Positions 1 through 13,205 of a stretch of DNA of 64,000 nucleotides are shown here, one piece after another. The first letter of the stretch is position 1. Each line of letters opens with the position of its first letter. Source of the DNA: Octopus vulgaris (Eukaryota); contig OX597838.1 of assembly GCA_951406725.2 (NCBI GenBank), positions 31,000,001 to 31,064,000 on the forward strand, in the 5' to 3' direction. A program made the translations under genes and the position numbers. The notes below the pieces were generated by a model that made no database searches, had not been told where the DNA came from, and saw only the letters and a program-made list of their open reading frames with translations.

Positions 1-56
<56 letters not shown>

Positions 57-840
57 TGTGTATCAAAATAATAAAGTTTGGCTCTGTTTAAAAGCCGTGC
101 TTTAACAAAGAATTGTGGCAGAAAATTCACATGAAAAATCTTGTTTGTGCACATAAATCATTAAATTTTCTTTTACATTTCTTTCTCTTTTTTCTTTTTT
201 CTTTTTCGCTGAAGCCTGAATTAATAACTGTTGATGAAAAACAAATATCAAAGAGAAGAAAAAAAATGAAGCTTGCTTTAACCGGAACATTAAAATTTCC
301 CATTTAATAGCAAATCTTTTGTTATCTCAGCCGATATATCGGTAAACAGGTGTCATTGAAGATTTATATGGTGGAACACCTAAAGCATGTTTTAAATGAC
401 ACTGATTTTGAGGGAAGTGGGGGAGGGGAGGGGAGGGTGAGAGACAGACGGAGAGAGAGAGAGAGAGAGAGTGTGTGTGACGAGGGGGGGGAAATAAGAA
501 AGAGCGAGAAAAAGAAGGTCCTCTTTGTGGAGTTATCGAGAGTTTTTCACCTGACCTGAATGCCAAACAAACCTACTCCATGCTACCAACAGAAAGAAAC
601 AAACAGCACACAGTTATTATGTAATGAGGTGGTGATGGCGGTGAGGGGTGAGGGGTGGGGGGGTTCCACCGAAACAAACTGCATCATACTAAATCATGCC
701 AGGAACAAAAGGAAACATCTAGTAAATACATAATGAGCCAGGGAGTTTGTTTTTGTTTTGTTTTTTTGGGGGGGGGGTTAGGTGGGGGATGGGGGGGAAA
801 TTTCAGGTGTAGTTTGACCTGCTAAAAAATATTAACCAAT

Positions 841-1178
841 GGCGCAGGAGTGGCTGTGTGGTAAGTAGCTTGCTAACCAACCACATGGTTCTGGGGTTCA
901 GTCCCACTGAGTGGCACCTTGGGCAAGTGTCTTCTACTATAGCCTCGGGCTGACCAATGCCTTGTGAGTGGATTTGGTAGACGGAAACTGAAAGAAGCCT
1001 GTCGTATGCAGGAGTGGCTGTGTGGTAAGTAGCTTGCTTACCAACCACATGGTTCCGGGTTCAGCCCCACTGCGTGGCACCTTGGGCAAGTGTCTTCTAC
1101 TATAGCCTCGGGCCGACCAATGCCTTGTGAGTGAATTTGGTAGACGGAAACTGAAAGAAGCCTGTCGTATATATGTAT
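841..1178 (+). mobile_element. SINE family A (tRNA-derived head ggcgcaggagtggctgtgtggtaag...), two tandem 5' halves
   Basis: A-box-like tggctgtgtggt, B-box-like ggttcagtccc, core gcaccttgggcaagtgtc; repeated about 20 times in the window. Confidence 0.85.
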
Positions 1179-1604
1179 AGCAAGGGAGGATGGGCACAAA
1201 CAAGCCCAAAGATTGGGGTGGGCTGCACCTGCCTATCTCAGTTGCTATGGCATTGAGGTCGATCCGGCCTCCCTCATTAACGGGGACAAAACCCAGATTT
1301 AAAACACTGATGATGATGATGATGATGATGATGGTGAAGGAAGCTTTTCTAAGAGAAAGACAGTCAGACATAAAAATTGCAGTCAAAAAGAATCAGTCGT
1401 TTTGCAATGACAGTCCCTGGAATTTACTATGACGAATGAGAGAGGGGCAAAAATGTTGTACAAGCATTTGGCCACTTAAATCCAATGACGTACACATGCC
1501 TCACAGTCGTTTCATTCAGGCCAAACATGAGACAGCTATCATCTGACGACAAGATGAGGCAATCATCATGTACGTAAGTAGATTTTTTTTTTTTACTTTT
1601 TTTT

Positions 1605-1934
1605 CTTTTACTTGTTTCAGTTATTTGACTGCGGTCATGCTGGAGCGCTGCCTCACAGTGTTTTAGTCGAAGAAATCGACCACAGGACTTATTCTTTGTA
1701 AGCCTAGTACTTATTCTGTTCGTCCCTTTTGCCGAACCGCTAAGTTATGGGGACAGAAACACACCAGCATCATTAGTCAAACAATGGCAGAGGGGCAAAC
1801 ACAGACACATAAATATATGGTTCCAGGTTCAGTCCCACTCTGCAGCACCTTGGGCAAGTGTCTTCTGCTATAGCCTCAGGCTGACCAAAGCCTTGTGAGT
1901 GGATTTGGAGAATGTAAACTGGAAGAAGCTCGTC

Positions 1935-1978
<44 letters not shown>

Positions 1979-2385
1979 GTGTAAGTGTGTGTGTGTATGT
2001 GTGTGTGTGTGTATGTGTGTGTGTGTGTTTGTCCCCACCAACATCACTTGACAACCGATGCTGGTGTGTTTACATCTCCGTAACTTGACGGTTCAGCAAA
2101 AGAGACCAATAGAATAATTACTAGGCTTACAAAGAATAAGTACTGCGGCCAATTTGTTTGACTAAAAGGCGGTACACCAGCATGGCCGCAGTCAAATGAC
2201 TGAAACAAATAAAAGAATAAATAAATATACGATGGGCTTCTTTCAGTTTCCATCTACCGAATCCACTCACAAGGCTTTGGTTGGGCTGAGGCTATAGTAG
2301 AAAACACTTTCCCAAGATGCCATACAGCAGGACTGAACCCAGAACCATGTGGTTGAGAAGCAAGCAGCCGTCCCTGTACCTATAT
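1605..2385 (-). mobile_element. SINE family A (minus) with a nested plus-strand family A copy at about 1817-2222
   Basis: Minus 3' end at 1605, minus head at 2226-2385, opposite-orientation copy in between. Confidence 0.75.
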
Positions 2386-3086
2386 GTAAATATGTATGTA
2401 TGTATGCATGTATGTATGTATCATTGTTTAAATGTCTACTTTTCCATATCAGCATTGGCCAGAAAAGGACATGTCTTGCAAACAACTTGCATATGCTACC
2501 AGTCAAAAGCTCCCTATACCGGAAGCCAGCAAGTGTATGGGGTCATCAGGAGAGAATGCGCGCCGTTTCGGGGCCTACTTCTCAACGGCATCAATGCGCA
2601 CCGGCCCCCACTCACTGATATGAGGCCCCGCTTGCTAGATCAGCTGGTTATCAAATAAAGCTCAATATCCTTCTAGCCATCGCTCATCGTCTCCTTTTAA
2701 CCAAATCCAGTGGCTAGCCTTCTCCACTGTAGATTGGATATCGGTCATGGTGGTATTGACTTTACGATGAGTTAGGCCTAGCGATAACAAGACTGGTGGA
2801 AGGAAAGAAAGAACTGATTGTCAAAAAAGAACCTTAGCCCTAATGCTTGCAGCTGTGTGCTGGAGGCACCCAAGAACCAAATATTGGTGCTAAAGGTACA
2901 GGAAAACCAGGCAGAGGTGTTCAACCAAGGAATGCATTAAGTCTAGCACCAAAAGAATTAGAACTGGAACAAATACCAGAAAGATAATTAGTCTTACATT
3001 CTAATGACTGCTAATTAGCTGTTAAAAATTTTTTAAAAGCCACACAATTTTAATCATAAGTTAATTGGTAGCGTGAAGTTATTAAT

Positions 3087-3531
3087 TTAAGCCTTTTGTA
3101 ACCGTTTTTCTGTTGAAATAGACTGCTTTGCTGGTTTCAATAAATTTTGAATATAATGAAGAATTTATTAAAAGGACTTTCTAATTATTAACCTGGTGTT
3201 TGGAAGATAAATTAACATGAAATTTTGATAGAAGGTTTTAATTTAGATCACATGAAAATGGGGGAATTTGTATGATAGAACCAAAGACAGGCTGGTTGGT
3301 ATCAAAAGAGTTAAGCCTTTTGTTACCGCATTCCTGCCTTTGTTTCAGTTCGTTTTGAAAATAATGAAAAATTTATTAAAATGACTTTGGTGTTATTAAC
3401 CTGGTGTTTGGAATATGAATTAATGAGAAATCTTGATGGGAGGTTTTAATTTAGTTAACTTCAAACCAACCAAAAAGTCGGTAACGTAGAACTGAGGGCA
3501 GTCACAGCCAGGTTTGTATCAGAAGGATTAA
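3087..3531. mobile_element. Two tandem piggyBac-like MITEs (about 225 bp each)
   Basis: Units bounded by TTAA with (c)cttttg...caaaag(g)g-like termini; the two units are similar to each other; related TTAA-cccttt units at 9263-9480 and about 9650-9845. Confidence 0.55.
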
Positions 3532-3877
3532 TTAACAATGAAATTAAGATTGAGTTAGTAATTAACCTCGAGCACTATTAGTTTGAATCAGCGTTAATGA
3601 GTTTAAAATTGTGAAGACCCAGAGGTTAAGGAAAGACAATATGATATTCCATTTGGTGGGGTCTGTAAATGCACGACTAAAAGACCTAAAATTGGTTGAC
3701 AAAGTCACAGTTAGATCGTATGGAATGATATTGAACCATTTTGATCTTCCACCTGGGATCACTACCTGTTCTATGAGGGAAACATTCTATTCCTTAATTA
3801 AAATCCCTCCAGCAAAATTTTACCTAAATTCCCAAACACTGACTTCATAATGTCAAAGATATTTTACTTAATTCTCT

Positions 3878-4170
3878 ATTACTCTTTTACTTGTTTCACT
3901 CATTTGACTGCTGCCATGCTGGAGCACTGCCTTTAGTCGAGCAAATCGACCCCAGGACTTATTCTTTGTAAGCCTGGTACTTATTCTATCGGTTTCTTTT
4001 TGCTGAACCGCTAAGTTACGAGGACGTAAACACACCAGCATCGGTTGTCAAGTGATGCTGGGGGGACAAACACAGACACACAAACATATACACACACATA
4101 CATATATATATATACATATATACGACGGGCTTCTTTCAGTTTCCGTCTACCAAATCCACTCACAAGGCTT
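3878..4170 (-). mobile_element. SINE family A, lacking head
   Basis: Match to the family A 3' portion (tttacttgtttcagtcatttgactgcggccatgctggagcacc). Confidence 0.8.
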
Positions 4171-4302
4171 TTTTTTTTTTTTCACAAGGTCTGGGGTCTC
4201 CTGCCCCTAAGCCCCTAGACCATCACCTAATCACCCTTACCTGTCTTGTTGCTTAACAACAACAACAACAACAATCAGCAGCAGCATCAATAAGAAGGTT
4301 AA

Positions 4303-4335
<33 letters not shown>

Positions 4336-4957
4336 GTGTCAAGCCTTAATTTTCAAGTTGTGATCGCTAACTATGGTAGGTATGTCAACGAAAACCAAAT
4401 AAACATGTTTATGAAAAGATGTTTATAAACACAAACTGCAAATGATGTGTCAGACAACTCTTGTATCTCTCTCTCTCTCTTTCTCTCTATTTAGACCTTT
4501 CTACCTACATACCTACCTGTTTTTCATACTCTCATATCCATCCATCCATCCATCCATCCATCCACCTATCTATCTATCGACGTCTCTCTCTACAGCTAAT
4601 TCTCTGTCGACCTCCATCTGTCTGTTATATATAGAACTCTGCAGACCTCTCTCTCTCTTTTTTACCTCTTGCAACTGTCTGTTGTTGCATATCTCTTTAC
4701 CAACCAATCTTCCTTGTCTGTCTATCTTTTATAGATATCCATCTGTTTTCTCCAAATATACTTATATATAATGACCAAGAAACCCATCAATTTATTTACT
4801 CCTGTTTACCCATCTATTCTACCTTCACCATTTTATACCTATCTATCTATCTGTCTGTTTATCACCATATCTCTATTCAGGTGTATGAGTGTATGCCTAT
4901 CTATCTTTCTATCTATCCATCTATCTGTTAACATTTATCTATCTATCTATCTGTCTA

Positions 4958-5109
4958 TCTTTTATTCCCCACCCCTGATCCTTTTTGATCGGAATTCTAC
5001 TTTTTTTTCTTATTTTTCCCCCCTTTTTCTTTTTCATTTTCGAAGAGAAAAGCTCTACATTTGTATTTGTCCCCTCTGTGTACAGTTCTGTGTGGCCAAT
5101 AAAGAAAGT
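4958..5109 (+). mobile_element. 3' end fragment of Tx1/L1-type LINE inside a (TATC)n tract
   Basis: agaaaagctctac...ctgtgtggccaataaagaaa matches the reverse complement of 14478-14560; flanked by TATC repeats. Confidence 0.75.
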
Positions 5110-5588
5110 TATCCATCTATCCATCTGTTAACATATCTATCTGCCTACCTTCCTGTCTATCTATCTATCTATCTATCTATTCATCTACCTACCTATCTAT
5201 CTACCTACCTACCTACCTATCTATCTATCTATTCATCTACATACCTACCTATCTATCTACCTACCTACCTACCTACCTACCTACCTATCTATCTATCTAT
5301 CTATTCATCTACCTATCTACCTATCTATCTATTCATCTACCTACCTATCTATCTATTCATCTACCTACCTATCTATCTATCTATCTATCTATTCATCTAT
5401 CTATCCATCTATCTATCTATCTATCATTCTATCTATCTATCTGTTAACATTTATCTATCCAACCATCCATCCGTTAACATATCTATCTGTCTGTCTGTCC
5501 ATCTATCTATATGTATATCTGTCTATTTATCTACATCTTAACATATTTATCTATCTCTTAACATATCTATCTATCATCTACCTGTCTG

Positions 5589-5642
<54 letters not shown>

Positions 5643-5750
5643 CATCCATTTGTTAACATTTATCTATCTATCTATCTATCCATCCATTTGGTAACATTTA
5701 TCTATCTATCAACGTATCTGCCTGCCTGTTTGTCTGTCTGTCTGTCTGTC
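5110..5750. repeat. Compound (TATC)/(TACC)/(TGTC) microsatellite
   Basis: Direct reading. Confidence 0.95.
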
Positions 5751-5959
5751 TACATAAATGTTCAGTTGAACAAACAACAGAAAAGTGTTCACAATATATG
5801 CATGCAATAGACTCTATCTATTTGTATAGACATAAACCCATACATAAATATATCTATTTATACTTGGCCTATATTTACATACACACATACACACACACAC
5901 ACACACAGAGTTTTACACCAATTTAAAACCTCCAGTGTCCATGTATATATACTAATGCC

Positions 5960-7026
5960 CTTTTACTTGCTTCGGTCATTTGACTGTGGTGGCCATGCTG
6001 AAGCATCACTTTAATGGGGGGTTTTTTTAGTCAAAGAAATCGACCCCAGGACTTATTTTAGCGATATCTTTCGCCGAACAGGGATGTAAACACACCAACA
6101 TCGGTTGTCAAGCGATGGTGGGTGGACAAATGCAGACACACACACACACATAAGTATGTGTATATATATATATATATATATAAGTATGTGAATGAATTAT
6201 CCTAGTATTGATAATTTGATTAATCGATACCTGGGTAGCAAATTCACGTCAGAAAACACAGTTGAAGCTACATGCCAAGGGTAGAAACCCCGTGTTCTTG
6301 TGTGGTAATTTGTGTAATATATATATACGATGGGCTTCTTTCAGTTTCCATCTACCAAGTCCACTCACAAGACTTTGCTCAGACCAAAACTATAGCAGAA
6401 GACACCTGCCCAAGGTAACATGCAGTGGGACTGAACCCAGAACCATGTGGTTGGTAAGCAAGCTTCTTAACACACAGCCACACCCGTATATCTCTTTTAT
6501 CTTTTACTTATTACAGTCATTGGACTACGGCCAGACTGGGGCACTTGTTTATTTTTTTTTAAAGCTTGTTACATATTCTGTTAGGCTCTTTCGCAGAACC
6601 ATTACATTACAGGGATGTAAACAAACCGACACTAGTTGTCAGGCGTTGGTAAGGGACAACCATATACACAAAGTCACACACACACACACACACACATACA
6701 CACACACACACATATATATATGTGTGACAGGTTTCTTTCAGTTTCCCCTCAACCAAAATCCACTCACAAGGTTTTAATAAATCCAGGGCTACAATAGACA
6801 CTTGCCCAAGGTGCCACACAATGGGACTGAACCTGAAACTATGTGGTTGGGAATGATAAAACTCTGAGTTTCAGATGCTGAGGTGGAAATCCACGCCATC
6901 ATCTCTTCAGTTATCCGGCCATCGATAGCCGGAAACTGAAGAGATGACAGTGTGGATTTCCACCTTGGCATCCGAAACTCGTTTTTATCATGGCTTCCAA
7001 ATAATTGTCACGTATTACATTTACAG

Positions 7027-7057
<31 letters not shown>

Positions 7058-7345
7058 GGTGCAGGAGTGGCTGTGTGGTAAGTAGCTTGCTTACCAACCA
7101 CATGATTCCGGGTTCAGTCCCACTGCGTGTCACCTTGAGCAAGTGTCTTCTACTATAGCCTCGGGCCGACCAAAGCCTTGTGAGTGGATTTGGTAGACGG
7201 AAACTGAAAGATGGGATTATTTCAGTTTCCATCTACAAAATCCATTTACAAGGCTTTGGTTGGCCCGTCGCGATAACAAAAGACACTTGCCCAGGGTGCC
7301 TTACAATGGAACTGAACCCGGAACCACTTCTTACCACACGGCCTC
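5960..7345. mobile_element. Cluster of older family A SINE copies (5960-6490 -, 6500-6850 -, 7058-7210 +, 7212-7345 -)
   Basis: Diverged matches to the family A consensus. Confidence 0.7.
6853..6991. repeat. Palindrome made of two head-to-head hammerhead-like motifs
   Basis: Near-perfect inverted repeat around catcgata; minus arm reads gataa-CTGAAGA-gatg...catc-t-GAA-ACTCAGAGT-T-ttatc. Confidence 0.7.
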
Positions 7346-7600
7346 GCCTCAACCAAATGTGTGAGTGGTCGGTATGCACTTTTACGAGCAATAATTAACG
7401 TCACTGAATGTACTTCTTACAAGAAGACGAGGAGGTGCAATGGGGGAGGTTTTCATAAATGAATGAGCAAGTAGTGTTATACAAAACATAGTCTACATTT
7501 TCATTGAATAATAGACAAATAAAACATCAACTTTTGTACGTGTGTGTATGTGCGTAAAGTACATGTGCACACACACACACATATATATGTACAAATACAT

Positions 7601-7632
<32 letters not shown>

Positions 7633-7744
7633 GTGTGTATGTGTGTGCAATACCCATGTACATTCATCATACTAAGTACATTTACTATATACATATACAT
7701 ACATAGAAACATGTATATATATATATAAGCATATATATATATAT

Positions 7745-8143
7745 ACTCTTTTACTCTTTTTTACTTGTTTCAGTCATTTGACTGCGGCCATGCTGGAGCA
7801 CCACCCTTAATCAAGCAACTCGACCCCGGGACTAATTCCTTGTAAGTCCAGTACTTATTCTATCGGTCTCTTTTGCCGAACCGCTAAGTTACGGGGACAT
7901 AAACACACCAGCATCGGTTGTCAAGCAATGCTAGGGGGACAAACACAAACATACACGCACACACACATATGCATATATATACATATATAAGACAGGCTTC
8001 TTTCAGTTTCCGTCTACCAAATCCACTCACAAGGCTTTGGTCGGCCCGAGGCTATAGTAGAAGACACTTGCCCAAGGTGCCACGCAGTGGGACTGAACCC
8101 GGAACCATAATGGTTGGTAAACAAGCTACTTACCACACAGCCA
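7745..8143 (-). mobile_element. SINE family A, near full length
   Basis: Full match with internal (CA)/(TA) tract. Confidence 0.85.
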
Positions 8144-8480
8144 CTATATAAATATGTGAAGTAAATGTATACAGACATACTAATATATATATATATATAT
8201 AATTAATTAATAAGGGTGAGAGAATTAGATACTAATTTAATAGTATATCTATTCAACACCAAGTGGCCTAGTGCTCCGAGAAACCTGGATTATTATAATA
8301 TTTTATAATATATTATAATATTTTTACAAAATAAATATAAGAGAGTGGTCACTATATGGCTCACTCTAGCACCAGTTAATCCAAAAGGTTTCAACCACAA
8401 AAATACGTGTTTCCCATGAAAGTCAGTACGATTGTTAGCTCACACGGACAGGGCAAATAAAAAATAACAAAAATACAGAT

Positions 8481-8566
8481 TATTTTGGGACAATTGTTTC
8501 GCTATTAATGAATTAAATGTAATTTTACTTACAAAAAAATCCACTTGTAGCTCGTCAGCCAAAATA
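8481..8566 (-). ncRNA. Type I minimal hammerhead ribozyme motif, in a probable Penelope-like terminal repeat (about 8200-8600)
   Basis: Reverse complement: tattttgg-CTGACGA-gcta(long loop)tagc-GAA-ACAATTGT-C-ccaaaata; 8-bp stem I, palindromic stem III, GUC cleavage triplet. Confidence 0.8.
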
Positions 8567-8656
8567 TATATACACAACAATTGCAACGTGGAAGGTGTTT
8601 ATAAGCCATTTAAAAACACAAGAAAACCTTTAGATTCACTTCAACATTTAAATGTA

Positions 8657-8788
8657 ATTTGTCAAAATATTTTCGTCTCTTTGAAACCGCAACCTGTCCA
8701 CTGACAAAATTCCATGCAACGTCTGCAGCACAAAATTTTGTCAGTGAACAGGTTGCGGTCTCAAAGCGACGAAAATATTTTGACAAAT
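8657..8788. repeat. Hairpin/palindrome with about 55-bp arms; HHR-like scaffold with non-canonical core
   Basis: atttgtcaaaatattttcgtc...ctgacaaaatt pairs with aattttgtcagtg...gacgaaaatattttgacaaat. Confidence 0.75.
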
Positions 8789-8958
8789 GCGTTGTGAATG
8801 TATAACAGCCAAAACAGGATGTAGGAAGTTCAGAAGGTAGCAACAAATAGTTTCTTTTTACCAATGAAAGGTAGGTAGATTCTATGAAGCTTGTGCATGA
8901 AGTGCAAGGTTGCATGGCAGTGTAAAACATGGGCCCAAAATGTAGAGGATGTGTGAAA

Positions 8959-9230
8959 CATCATCATCATCATCATTTAGCGTCCGCTTTCCATGCTAGC
9001 ATGGGTTGGACGGTTCAACTGGAGTCTGTGAAGCCAGAAGGCTGCATCAGGCCCAGTCTGATCTGCCAGTGTTTCTACGGCTGGATGCCCTTCCTAACGC
9101 CAACCACTCCGAGAGTGTAGTGGGTGCCTTTTACATGCCACCCGCACAGGTGCCAGACGGAGCTGGCAAACGGCCACGATCGGATGGTGCTTTTTACGTG
9201 CCACCGGCACGGGGGCCAGGCGAGGCTGGA
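8959..9230 (-). mobile_element. SINE/LINE 3' tail of RTE type ending in (TGA)n
   Basis: ggatgcccttcc motif (rc ggaagggcatcc) and (cat)n tail; a related plus-strand remnant lies at about 36110-36215. Confidence 0.6.
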
Positions 9231-9904
9231 GAGAAATTAAGCTAACATGCTTTGCTGGATGTTTAACCCTTTAACTGGCCATATCTAGCTCAAATATTCT
9301 GTTTTATGTTGAGACCAACCAGATCTGGCCTATCGCACATACCCAACAATGCTATTCTAAAAACAAACAATCACATCGGTGAAATCCCAAAGCCACAAGA
9401 TGATCCATGGTTAATCCTAAGCAATGTGAATAAACAAGCATCACCACATTTGACAGAGGAATCTGGATGCTGAAGAGAGATAAAATAGCAAAATAGCCTC
9501 ATCACTTCATTGGTGACTAGCTTCAATTCTTATAAAGGAATAAAACCTAAGCCCCAGAGATGCACACACACAGAACTAATTTACATAACCACAAACCCCA
9601 ACAGCTGTGTTGGAGTAATCCTTTGGAATTAAAAGCAGCCATGTCCAACTCCAATATCCTTCCCCCCCACACTCCCACCGTTTTATGTCAATTCAGCCTG
9701 ATCAGGCCTTTCATACCTTCCCTACAATGTTATTCTAAAAACAAACAATCTCAAAGTTATGAGCTGATGCAGGGTCAATTTAAAACAATGTGAATAACTA
9801 AGGGTCACACTGGACAGAATACTCTGGATGCTAAATGCTCAACCCTTTTAATACCTACCCACCCACACAAGCTAATTCGAGGATGCAAACTTTATGTTTA
9901 AAAG

Positions 9905-10275
9905 CAGTGGTTCTCCACTACAATCCATGTGACCCCCAGATGATCTGTATAAGATTTTGGGGGTCCATAATACTATTTTATGGGTTTGCGAATAAGTTTT
10001 GTTTTAGATGTATTTATGGCAAGAAATAGTCACATTCCTTTCTTTAATGTTTTACAGAGTCTAACAGGTTTCCCAGTCACTGGAATATGTTCTCTCAGAG
10101 AATGCTTTTGTAGACCTACACACCCGAATGGATGAAAAACAAACTAGGAATCTAATTTTGAAAGAAGCAGCTTTAAAACTACTTTTTAAACATCGAATGG
10201 CTCTGGGAGTCCACCAGAATGAAATAGTAATGAAAAGTGCAGTCCATAGGTAAAAAAAATGGTTGAGAACCATTA
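9905..10275. mobile_element. Non-autonomous hAT-like MITE
   Basis: TIR cagtggttctc...ggttgagaacca; homologous to 47774-48842. Confidence 0.65.
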
Positions 10276-10418
10276 TTAAAACCTACCATTAAAATCTCAT
10301 GTTAATCTATGTTCTATGAGGACAAAATTGTTTTACAACATTTTCCACTAATTTCAAAATTAATTGAAATAAAGGCAACGAATTTCAACAAGAATATGGT
10401 AATTAAAAGTTAATTAAA

Positions 10419-10818
10419 ACTTAGCGGTTCGGCAAAAAAGAGACCGATAAAATAAGTACTGGGCTTACAAAGAATAAGTCCCGGGATCGATTTGATCGAC
10501 TAAAGGCGGTGCTCCAGCATGGCCGCAGTCAAATGACTGAAACAAGTAAAAGAGTAAAAGAGTAACTCTTCCTTTCAAATAACACCTGATTATTTTTAAG
10601 AACAAAAAAATGCAGATGCACTTCAAATAATGTAGCCCTAGATAGACTATACCCTTACTCTTTTACTTGTTTCAGTCATTTGACTGAGGCCATGCTGGAG
10701 CACCGCCTTTAGTCGAGCACATCGACCCCCAAGACTTATTCTTTGTAAGCCTAGTACTTATTCTATAGGTCTCTTTTGCCGAACCGCTAAGTTATGGGGA
10801 CGTAAACACACCAGCATC
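10419..10818. mobile_element. Two family A SINE 3' fragments (10419-10563 +, 10655-10818 -)
   Basis: Match to family A 3' end. Confidence 0.75.
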
Positions 10819-10962
10819 AGTATGGATGTCACAGAACAGCGAAACATGGTAAGGGAAGGAATATTGGGTGTAAGTGGAATCAGAAGAGGGGTGCAAGACA
10901 GAAGAATTTGGTACAGGAAAACTATGTAATGTGTGTGGATAATGGCAACTGGGGAAAAATGT

Positions 10963-11769
10963 CCAAGTGGAAGATCTGTAGAGCTTGATGAGAACATCCT
11001 GCAAACCCTGGTGGAACAAGAAGCTTGGATTTAGTCATTTAACCATTTATCAACACCTGTATCCCATTGGAAAAGTCATCAAATTGAGTCAATGGGTTCC
11101 TCACAAACTTTCCCAGTCTAATTACGGGCTGGGAGTGAGTGTGGGCTCTTCTTTGCTGTCACATCTCATGAATGAACCTTTTTCGGATCGAATAGCAACT
11201 GGTGTTGAGAAATGGGTTCTCTATGCAAATATCAATTGCTGAAGACAGTGGGTAGGGAAAAGAGAAACACATGCACCCCAGGCTAAAGAAGGTCTTCATC
11301 CACGTAAAGTGTTGTTATCTGTTTGGTGGGATATGAAAGGTTTAGTCCACTTTGAACTTTTAAACCCAAACCAAACAATAACAAAGGAAATCTACTGTGA
11401 GCAGTTTGAGTGGCTTAAGTCAGTGCTAGAAGAAAAATGGCCATCTTTGGTTTCAAAACGAAAGGTGTTCATCCATCAGTGTAATGCTCAGCTACATACA
11501 GCGAGGATGGCTGGGGCAGTTTGAATGGGAAATGATGCCCCACCCACCATATTTGCCAGACATTGCCCCATCTGATTATCATTTACTTGGCAGTCTTCAA
11601 AATCATTTGGACAGAAAAAAATATGAATTCTGTAGATGAGGTCAGAACAGTACTGGAGAAGTATTTTTCTTCATGGACAAGTGAATTTTTTTGGAAGAGG
11701 GCCCTTGCAAGTCTACCAGATAGATAGAAAGGCATTGTAGAAAATGAAGGGGAGTATATTTTAGATTAA
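10963..11769 (+). pseudogene. Mariner (Tc1/mariner) transposase pseudogene
   Basis: WVPHKL, ATGVEKWVLY (TGDEKW), KVLLSVWWDMKG, HQCNAQLH (HDNARPH), HPPYLPDIAPSDYHL (YSPDLAPSD), ends ENEGEYILD*; stops and frameshifts present. Confidence 0.92.
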
Positions 11770-11816
11770 AAAAAACTTTGTTTATCTTAGTTTTGAAAAA
11801 TAAAAGAGTATAAAAA

Positions 11817-11888
11817 AATGCATTATTTATGAGACAACCCAGTTTATATATATATATATAAATTAGGTTGTCTCATAAATAATGCATT
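11817..11888. repeat. Mariner 3' TIR plus adjacent inverted copy across a (TA)n spacer
   Basis: aatgcattatttatgagacaacc (from 11817) and ggttgtctcataaataatgcatt (11866-11888). Confidence 0.7.
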
Positions 11889-11917
11889 TATTTAAATAAT
11901 GTCTGTGTGTGTGTATG

Positions 11918-11974
<57 letters not shown>

Positions 11975-12139
11975 GTGTGTGTCTCAAAATATATATCCAA
12001 AATAAAGAAAAAATTTGAAGATTTTTAAAACCAAAACAATTTAATTTAAGGAATGCATTTTATGAACTGTTAAAATTAAAGAGATATGAATATTTCTCCA
12101 GGGTAGAGGTTCACCCTTCAACAAGTGTTATTAACCTGG

Positions 12140-12421
12140 AATATTCCCTCAGGTTCTAAGAGGTCATTCACCATCCCTCACTAAAACCTGTAGCACGGAT
12201 AAGTACCCCCCAGTTGGTTCTGAGTCTGCCTGCTAAAGAGGCCTGATGTCAAGAACTTGAGAATTACGTCTATGAATATAGTAGCAACATTATTATTATT
12301 ATCATTAATAATAATAATAATAATAATTATTCCGAGAATGGTGGTGTGTTTTCGAGATAACATGTTTCTCTATGTGTGTTTGTGTGTATATCTGTAACTG
12401 CGTACCTGTATATATGTATAA

Positions 12422-12459
<38 letters not shown>

Positions 12460-12577
12460 CTACGTTTGAATGTGTGTGTGTGTATGCCTATGGTTGAATG
12501 TGTATGTGTATGCCTACACTTGAATGTGTGTATGTGTGCCTACGTCTGAATGTGTGTGTATTTATGCCTACGGTTGA

Positions 12578-12613
<36 letters not shown>

Positions 12614-13164
12614 CTGTCTGTGTGAATGTTTACCTATGTGTGCGTGTATGTGTATCTGTATTCGTGCGTCTGTGAGTGTGTGTGTGTATGCATGCCTGCC
12701 GTTGTGTGTGTGTGTGTCTATTTAGAACTGTGTGTATTTATGCCTACGGTTGAAGGTGTGTGTGTGTGTGTGTGGGGCTGTGAATGTTTACCTATGTGTG
12801 CGTGTATGTCTATCTGTATTTGTGCGTCTGTCAGTGTGTGTGTGTATGCATGCCTGCCGTTGTGTGTGTGTGTGTGTCTATTTAGAACTGTGTGTATTTA
12901 TGCCTACGGTTGAAGGTGTGTGTGTGTGTGTGTGTGTGTGGCTGTGAATGTTTACCTATGTGTGCGTGTATGTCTATCTGTATTTGTGCGTCTGTGAGTG
13001 TGTGTGTGTGTGTGTGCGTGTGTATGCATGCCTGCCGTTGTGTGTGTGTGTGTGTCTATTTAGAACTGTGTGTATTTATGCCTACGGTTGAAGGTGTGTG
13101 TGTGTGTGTGTGGCTGTGAATGTTTACCTATGTGTGCGTGTATGTCTATCTGTATTTGTGCGTC

Positions 13165-13205
<41 letters not shown>

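Noticed and set aside
937-1386. Recurrent 'RQASFSFRLPNPLTR...' ORFs across the window
   Set aside because: Antisense translation of SINE family A
2540-2580. ctgatga/gaaac pair on the minus strand
   Set aside because: Flanking stems cannot pair in any HHR topology
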